Assembly (NCBI GenBank): GCA_007376405.1
Contig: VMGD01000001.1
Span: forward strand, 66,891-130,890
Direction: 5' to 3'
Length of the DNA: 64,000 bases
Origin: Microgenomates group bacterium Gr01-1014_7
GTDB taxonomy: Bacteria; Patescibacteriota; Microgenomatia; Daviesbacterales; UBA10151
Position numbers and translations under genes: made by a program
Shown here: in pieces, positions 59,397 through 64,000 of the stretch
How positions within the stretch are numbered: the first letter of the stretch is position 1
Layout: each line of letters opens with the position of its first letter
Notes under the pieces: generated by a model
The model's database searches: none
Told to the model about the DNA's origin: nothing
The model's input: the letters and a program-made list of their open reading frames with translations, nothing else

Positions 59397-59813
59397 ATGG
59401 ATCCAAAACCTAAAAAAATTCTACTAGTTGAAGATGAAGATTTTATTAGAGAGCTTTATGTAAGACAGCTGACAAAAGAGGGATTTGAGGTTAAAAGTGC
59501 AACAGATGGACAAACCGGCTTAAACTTGCTAAAGCAGGAAAGTTTTGATCTTTTACTTTTGGACATCATGCTTCCGGGAATGAATGGACTGCAACTTCTG
59601 CGGGAATTTAAAAGTCAAAATCCGAATTCTTCCATGGTTACCATACTTTTGACCAACCTGGGACAGGAAGCAGTGATTAAAGAGGGGTTTGAACTTGGGG
59701 CACAAGCATATTTAATTAAGGCATCATACACTCCGGATCAGGTAGTAACAGAGGTCAAAAATGCTCTCTCCGACGGCCAGCCACCTACCCCAAATCCTAA
59801 TCCGTCATCTTAA
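59397..59813 (+). CDS. Single-domain (receiver-only) response regulator
   Basis: [25 protein letters not shown]; no output domain. Confidence 0.93.
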   Translation: MDPKPKKILLVEDEDFIRELYVRQLTKEGFEVKSATDGQTGLNLLKQESFDLLLLDIMLPGMNGLQLLREFKSQNPNSSMVTILLTNLGQEAVIKEGFELGAQAYLIKASYTPDQVVTEVKNALSDGQPPTPNPNPSS

Positions 59814-61829
59814 AAAGGGAACCAGAAGAAGTGCTACTATATTGACTACTTTAATCATCGGATTAATGGCCGGGCCGGCTGTATCTTTGTAGGGATCACC
59901 AACCGTATCTCCTGTGACTGCGGCTTTGTGGGCCTCACTCCCCTTACCTCCAAACTTTCCCGATTCTATGTACTTTTTAGCATTATCCCAAGCAGCTCCA
60001 CCCGTAGTCATAGAAACTGCCACAAAAATTCCTGTGATAATACTCCCAACCAGCATTCCTCCCAAAGCCACCGGACCCAGAATAAATCCAACCAAAAATG
60101 GAGCTAGAACCGGAATCAGGGCGGGAATAAACATTTCTTTTTGTGCAGCAGCCGTGACAATAGACACACAGCGAGCATAATCCGGTTTGGCCGTGCCCTC
60201 CATAATTCCCTTGATAGTTTTAAACTGACGCCTTACTTCCTCCACCACTGCCCCGCCGGCCTTACCAACAGCCTCCATGGCAAAGGAGGCAAAAAGATAG
60301 GGGAGGGACCCGCCTAAAAACAGACCTACCAGAACTTTAGGATCTGACAGGGAAAAGTTAAGTTCTCGCCCCACTGCGGCAAATTCCTGTGAATAAGCGG
60401 CAAATAAAACCAATGCTGCCAGGCCAGCTGATGTGATTGCATAACCTTTGGTGACAGCCTTAGTGGTATTGCCCACCGCATCCAGAGGGTCGGTTACTGC
60501 CCGGACTTTGGAAGGCAAGCGAGCCATCTCGGCAATTCCCCCGGCATTATCGGTAATCGGCCCGAAAGCATCAATTGCCACCACAGTCCCGGCCAAAGAT
60601 AGCATTGAAACAGCAGCAATGGCTATACCATAAAGCCCGGCTAAGCCGTAGCTTACCAGAACTGCTGCCGAAATTAACAGCACGGGGAAAAAAGTAGATT
60701 TCATAGAAGTAGCCAGCCCGGCAATAATATTGGTGGCGTGGCCGGTTTTGGAAGAGGCGGCTATATGTTGCACCGGATTATATTGGGTACCTGTATAATA
60801 CTCGGTTATCCAAAAGATTGCTCCTGTCACCACCATCCCAACCAAAGCGGATAAATAAAGATTTAAAACCGAGAAGACTCCGTTATCACCCATCAAGGCC
60901 GAAGTTATCGGATAAAAAAGTATTAAAGAAAAAACTACCGCCACTGTCAGACCTTTATACAGCGCTCCCATGATATTCTTTCCCGCTTCGCGAGGCGAGC
61001 CCGAAAGTTTAACTATTATACTTCCCACAATAGAACCAAAAATAGCAACAGATAAAAGAAGCAGGGGATAAACCAAGGCTTTGGGAAAAGCCGGTAGAAG
61101 CAACTGCCCCAGTAAGATTGCGGCAATGGCAGTGACCATATGGGTTTCAAAAACATCCGCTGCCATGCCGGCGCAATCGCCAACATTATCCCCGACATTA
61201 TCGGCAATCACGCCTGGGTTTCTCGGGTCATCCTCGGGGATTCCTGCTTCAAGTTTGCCAACCAAATCCGCCCCAACATCTGCTCCTTTGGTAAAAATTC
61301 CACCACCAAGCCTGGCAAAAACCGAAATCAGAGATCCGCCAAAACCTAATCCAATTAAAGCTTTTAAATCCCCTCCTGTGTATTGATAGAAACCATATAC
61401 GGCACCCAATGCCAAACCAACCACTAAAAAGCCGGTGACTGCCCCGCCTTTGTAAGCCAGCGAAAAAGCCTCAAATAACCCTTTTTTAGCTGCCTCAGCC
61501 ACCCGGACATTGGTCCGGACAGAAACACTCATACCCACAAATCCAGCCAGGGCCGAAAGAGCGGCCCCTATTAAAAATCCAACTGCCGTATTTTGACCTA
61601 AGTAGTAATATAAAATTGCTGCTAAAACTGCTGCCACGCCTGCCACCACCAGATATTGTCTTTGTAAATATGCTGCGGCTCCCTCCTGAATGGCAAAGGC
61701 AATCTCTTGCATGCGCTCATCCCCTGCCCCACGTCGCATAATATCTACAATTAGCCAAAGGCCATAAAGTAAGGCCGCTCCCACCGCAGCCCAAATAATT
61801 AAGCTGGTATTATTTATTATGAAATCCAT
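59805..61829 (-). CDS. hppA: Membrane H+-translocating pyrophosphatase, predicted K+-independent
   Basis: [39 protein letters not shown] (Lys determinant), [10 protein letters not shown]. Confidence 0.96.
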   Translation of the reverse strand: MDFIINNTSLIIWAAVGAALLYGLWLIVDIMRRGAGDERMQEIAFAIQEGAAAYLQRQYLVVAGVAAVLAAILYYYLGQNTAVGFLIGAALSALAGFVGMSVSVRTNVRVAEAAKKGLFEAFSLAYKGGAVTGFLVVGLALGAVYGFYQYTGGDLKALIGLGFGGSLISVFARLGGGIFTKGADVGADLVGKLEAGIPEDDPRNPGVIADNVGDNVGDCAGMAADVFETHMVTAIAAILLGQLLLPAFPKALVYPLLLLSVAIFGSIVGSIIVKLSGSPREAGKNIMGALYKGLTVAVVFSLILFYPITSALMGDNGVFSVLNLYLSALVGMVVTGAIFWITEYYTGTQYNPVQHIAASSKTGHATNIIAGLATSMKSTFFPVLLISAAVLVSYGLAGLYGIAIAAVSMLSLAGTVVAIDAFGPITDNAGGIAEMARLPSKVRAVTDPLDAVGNTTKAVTKGYAITSAGLAALVLFAAYSQEFAAVGRELNFSLSDPKVLVGLFLGGSLPYLFASFAMEAVGKAGGAVVEEVRRQFKTIKGIMEGTAKPDYARCVSIVTAAAQKEMFIPALIPVLAPFLVGFILGPVALGGMLVGSIITGIFVAVSMTTGGAAWDNAKKYIESGKFGGKGSEAHKAAVTGDTVGDPYKDTAGPAINPMIKVVNIVALLLVPFLR
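60982..60999. repeat. 18-bp palindrome in frame within hppA
   Basis: CCCGCTTCGCGAGGCGAG, centred on TCGCGA; gives SPREAG in a loop; removal leaves KLSGKNIM in frame. Confidence 0.65.
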
Positions 61830-61855
61830 GAAAATTCCCGAGGCAGTATTTATAT

Positions 61856-61884
61856 AGTTTACCCTTAAGTTTCCGAAGGGTCAA
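61856..61884 (-). promoter_or_regulatory. Sigma70-like promoter of hppA
   Basis: TTGACC -17 nt- TAAACT. Confidence 0.6.
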
Positions 61885-61893
61885 GAGGAAATC

Positions 61894-64000
61894 TTATGCC
61901 AGAGCCGGCTGAGGAGTAAGCGGAATAGATTTGTGCTGGCGGAGCAAAGGAGATCTAAGCAGGGCTACCCGCAACACCTCATCCAAATGTTTTACCCAGA
62001 CAAAATGTAAATCCTTCAAAACATAATCCGGTATATCTTCCAAATCTTTTTCATTATCGCTTGGGGCAATAATAGTTTTTACTCCTGCCCGATGGGCTGC
62101 CAAAACTTTTTCCTTCAAACCTCCTATTTCCAAGACCCTTCCCCGAAGGGTAACCTCTCCTGTCATGGCCACATCCTTCCTGACCGGAATTTTGGTAAAA
62201 GCGGAAACAATCGCTGTAGTTAGGGCAATGCCGGCTGATGGTCCATCTTTAGGAATTGCTCCTTCCGGCACATGAACATGAACATCAACTTTGTGGAAAA
62301 ATCGCTCCGGCAGTCCCAAATGATTCCAGTGAGCTCTGACATATGACATAGCTGCCTGCCCGGATTCTTTCATCACATCCCCCAGTTGTCCGGTTAAAAG
62401 TAAGGTCCCCTTTCCCGGCATTAGAGTTACCTCAATAAAAAGTACCTCTCCCCCGGCCTCTGTAACTGAGAGCCCGGTGGTCATTCCCACTTCATCCTCT
62501 TTCTCTGCCAGAATCGGCAAAAACTTAATCGGCCCCAAAAACTTATGAACCTGCTCCGAAGTAATGACAGCTTTCTTAACTTCTCCATTTCCCTCTGCCA
62601 CTTGCCTGGCCACTTTACGCATTATTGCAGACAGTTCCCGCTCCAGGCTTCTTACACCTGCTTCCCTGGTATACTCCCGGATCACCGATCTGATGCCTTC
62701 ATCCATAAACTCAATCTGCTCCGGTTTTAAACCATGATTTTCAACTTGTTTTGGAATCAAAAAGCTTTTGGCAATATGGAATTTCTCATCCTCTGTATAG
62801 CCGGGATAGCGGATGACTTCCAGCCGGTCGCGCAGGGCCGGCGGGATAGTATCCAAAATATTGGCCGTGGTAATAAACATCACGTCAGACAAATCAAAAG
62901 GCACTTCCAGGTAATGATCGGAAAAGTTTTCATTTTGCTCAGGGTCCAAAGCTTCCAAAAGAGCTGCCGAAGGGTCTCCCCTATAATCTGCTCCAATCTT
63001 ATCAATTTCATCCAGCATAAAAACTGGGTTTTTGGTTTTGGCCTGCTTAATCCCCTGAATTATTCTTCCCGGCATTGAACCGACATAAGTTCTTCTGTGT
63101 CCTCTTATTTCCGCCTCATCCCGAATCCCTCCCAGAGAAACTCTGATGAATTTTCTATTCAAGGCTCTGGCAATAGATTTGCCAATTGAAGTTTTACCTG
63201 TGCCCGGAGGGCCAACAAAACAAAGAATCGGGCCTTTCATTTTCCCTGCCAGCTTGTGCACTGCCAGATATTCCACAATTCTCTCTTTGACCTTTTTTAA
63301 TCCGTAATGATCCGCGTCCAAAATCTCCTCTGCTTTTTTCAAATCAATCTTGCCCATATTTTCCAGTTTCCAGGGTAAATCTGTTAACCATTCCAGATAA
63401 TTTCGAATGTATCCTGCCTCAGGATTGTAAGTTGACATTTTGGCCAGCCGGGACAGTTCTTTTTTGGCTCGGTCCAAAACTTCCTGGGGCATACCTGATC
63501 TTTTGATTTTCTCTTCAAATTCATGAATTTCCTGATGCTCCGAATCTGCCCCACCCAACTCTTCCTCAATGCTTTTCATTTGTTCCCGCAAAATCGCCTC
63601 TTTGGTCATTTTGGAAACCCGCTCATGAGTCTGGGTGGAAATTTTCTGGGAAATTTCCATGATCCTTATTTCTTTGGCCAGAAGCTCGGTTAATCGCTGC
63701 AACCGGTCTGAGGCAGAAACCATCTCCAGAATTTGCTGCTTATCGATGGTTTTAAAATCTATTGACTGGGTGATGGAGTTAACCAGCTGGTTGGGATCAT
63801 CGGAATAAGTAAAAAGCGACCAGTTGGCAAAATTACTTTGATCAAAAAATGGATTACCGCCAAGTTCCAGAAATCTTCTGACCTGATCTCTGACAGTTCT
63901 GATTAAAGCCTCTGTTTGCTCGTTTCTTTCATAAAGCTCAGGAATCTCTTCTATTTCTGCTTCAAGATATGGTTCTGTTTTGGTGAAATTTTTAAGATAA
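61894..64000 (-). CDS. lon: ATP-dependent Lon protease, 5' end outside the window
   Basis: [50 protein letters not shown]; frame stays open from 63723 to the window end ([15 protein letters not shown]...). Confidence 0.97.
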   Translation of the reverse strand, partial: YLKNFTKTEPYLEAEIEEIPELYERNEQTEALIRTVRDQVRRFLELGGNPFFDQSNFANWSLFTYSDDPNQLVNSITQSIDFKTIDKQQILEMVSASDRLQRLTELLAKEIRIMEISQKISTQTHERVSKMTKEAILREQMKSIEEELGGADSEHQEIHEFEEKIKRSGMPQEVLDRAKKELSRLAKMSTYNPEAGYIRNYLEWLTDLPWKLENMGKIDLKKAEEILDADHYGLKKVKERIVEYLAVHKLAGKMKGPILCFVGPPGTGKTSIGKSIARALNRKFIRVSLGGIRDEAEIRGHRRTYVGSMPGRIIQGIKQAKTKNPVFMLDEIDKIGADYRGDPSAALLEALDPEQNENFSDHYLEVPFDLSDVMFITTANILDTIPPALRDRLEVIRYPGYTEDEKFHIAKSFLIPKQVENHGLKPEQIEFMDEGIRSVIREYTREAGVRSLERELSAIMRKVARQVAEGNGEVKKAVITSEQVHKFLGPIKFLPILAEKEDEVGMTTGLSVTEAGGEVLFIEVTLMPGKGTLLLTGQLGDVMKESGQAAMSYVRAHWNHLGLPERFFHKVDVHVHVPEGAIPKDGPSAGIALTTAIVSAFTKIPVRKDVAMTGEVTLRGRVLEIGGLKEKVLAAHRAGVKTIIAPSDNEKDLEDIPDYVLKDLHFVWVKHLDEVLRVALLRSPLLRQHKSIPLTPQPALA

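Noticed and set aside
57789-59813. Genomic island integrated at tRNA-Glu
   Set aside because: No integrase and no duplicated tRNA 3' end were seen.
2684-63569. Many 60-115 aa antisense or alternate-frame ORFs within long genes
   Set aside because: They are shadows of well-supported CDSs with no recognisable motifs.
61894-63723. Lon apparently lacking its N-terminal domain
   Set aside because: The frame stays open to position 64000; the truncation is a window-edge effect.

Overview
This is a gene-dense, AT-rich bacterial window. Gene style and content (very many membrane glycosyltransferases, truncated TsaB, near-leaderless promoters, overlapping genes) suggest Patescibacteria/CPR, probably Microgenomates; this is inference, not a phylogenetic result. 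About 1-30.7 kb and 37.9-46.5 kb form a very large surface-glycosylation locus. It holds about 16 predicted GT-C-fold (lipid-phosphate-sugar dependent) membrane glycosyltransferases, three polyprenol-phosphate sugar synthase domains (one fused to a GT-C, one to GtrA), two soluble GT2s, a Wzx flippase, rmlABCD, gmd and galE. The rest is housekeeping and envelope genes: tsaB, prfB, ftsEX plus a coiled-coil M23 peptidase, tsaE, a CofE-like ligase, nnrD, secA, serS, an HD hydrolase, lysS, greA, tRNA-Glu, a two-component pair, hppA and a partial lon. Notable oddities: a 90-bp IS200/IS605-type MITE read in frame inside a glycosyltransferase; other short palindromes and 7-bp tandem repeats inside coding sequences; a four-helix-bundle gene bracketed by inverted repeat arms; a circularly permuted M23 domain; a tRNA with a compensatory A19:U56 elbow pair; and two apparent pseudo-enzymes (HisG-like, M49-like) between greA and lysS. 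No rRNA, CRISPR array or transposase was seen. All family calls come from motif recognition by eye; no searches were run.
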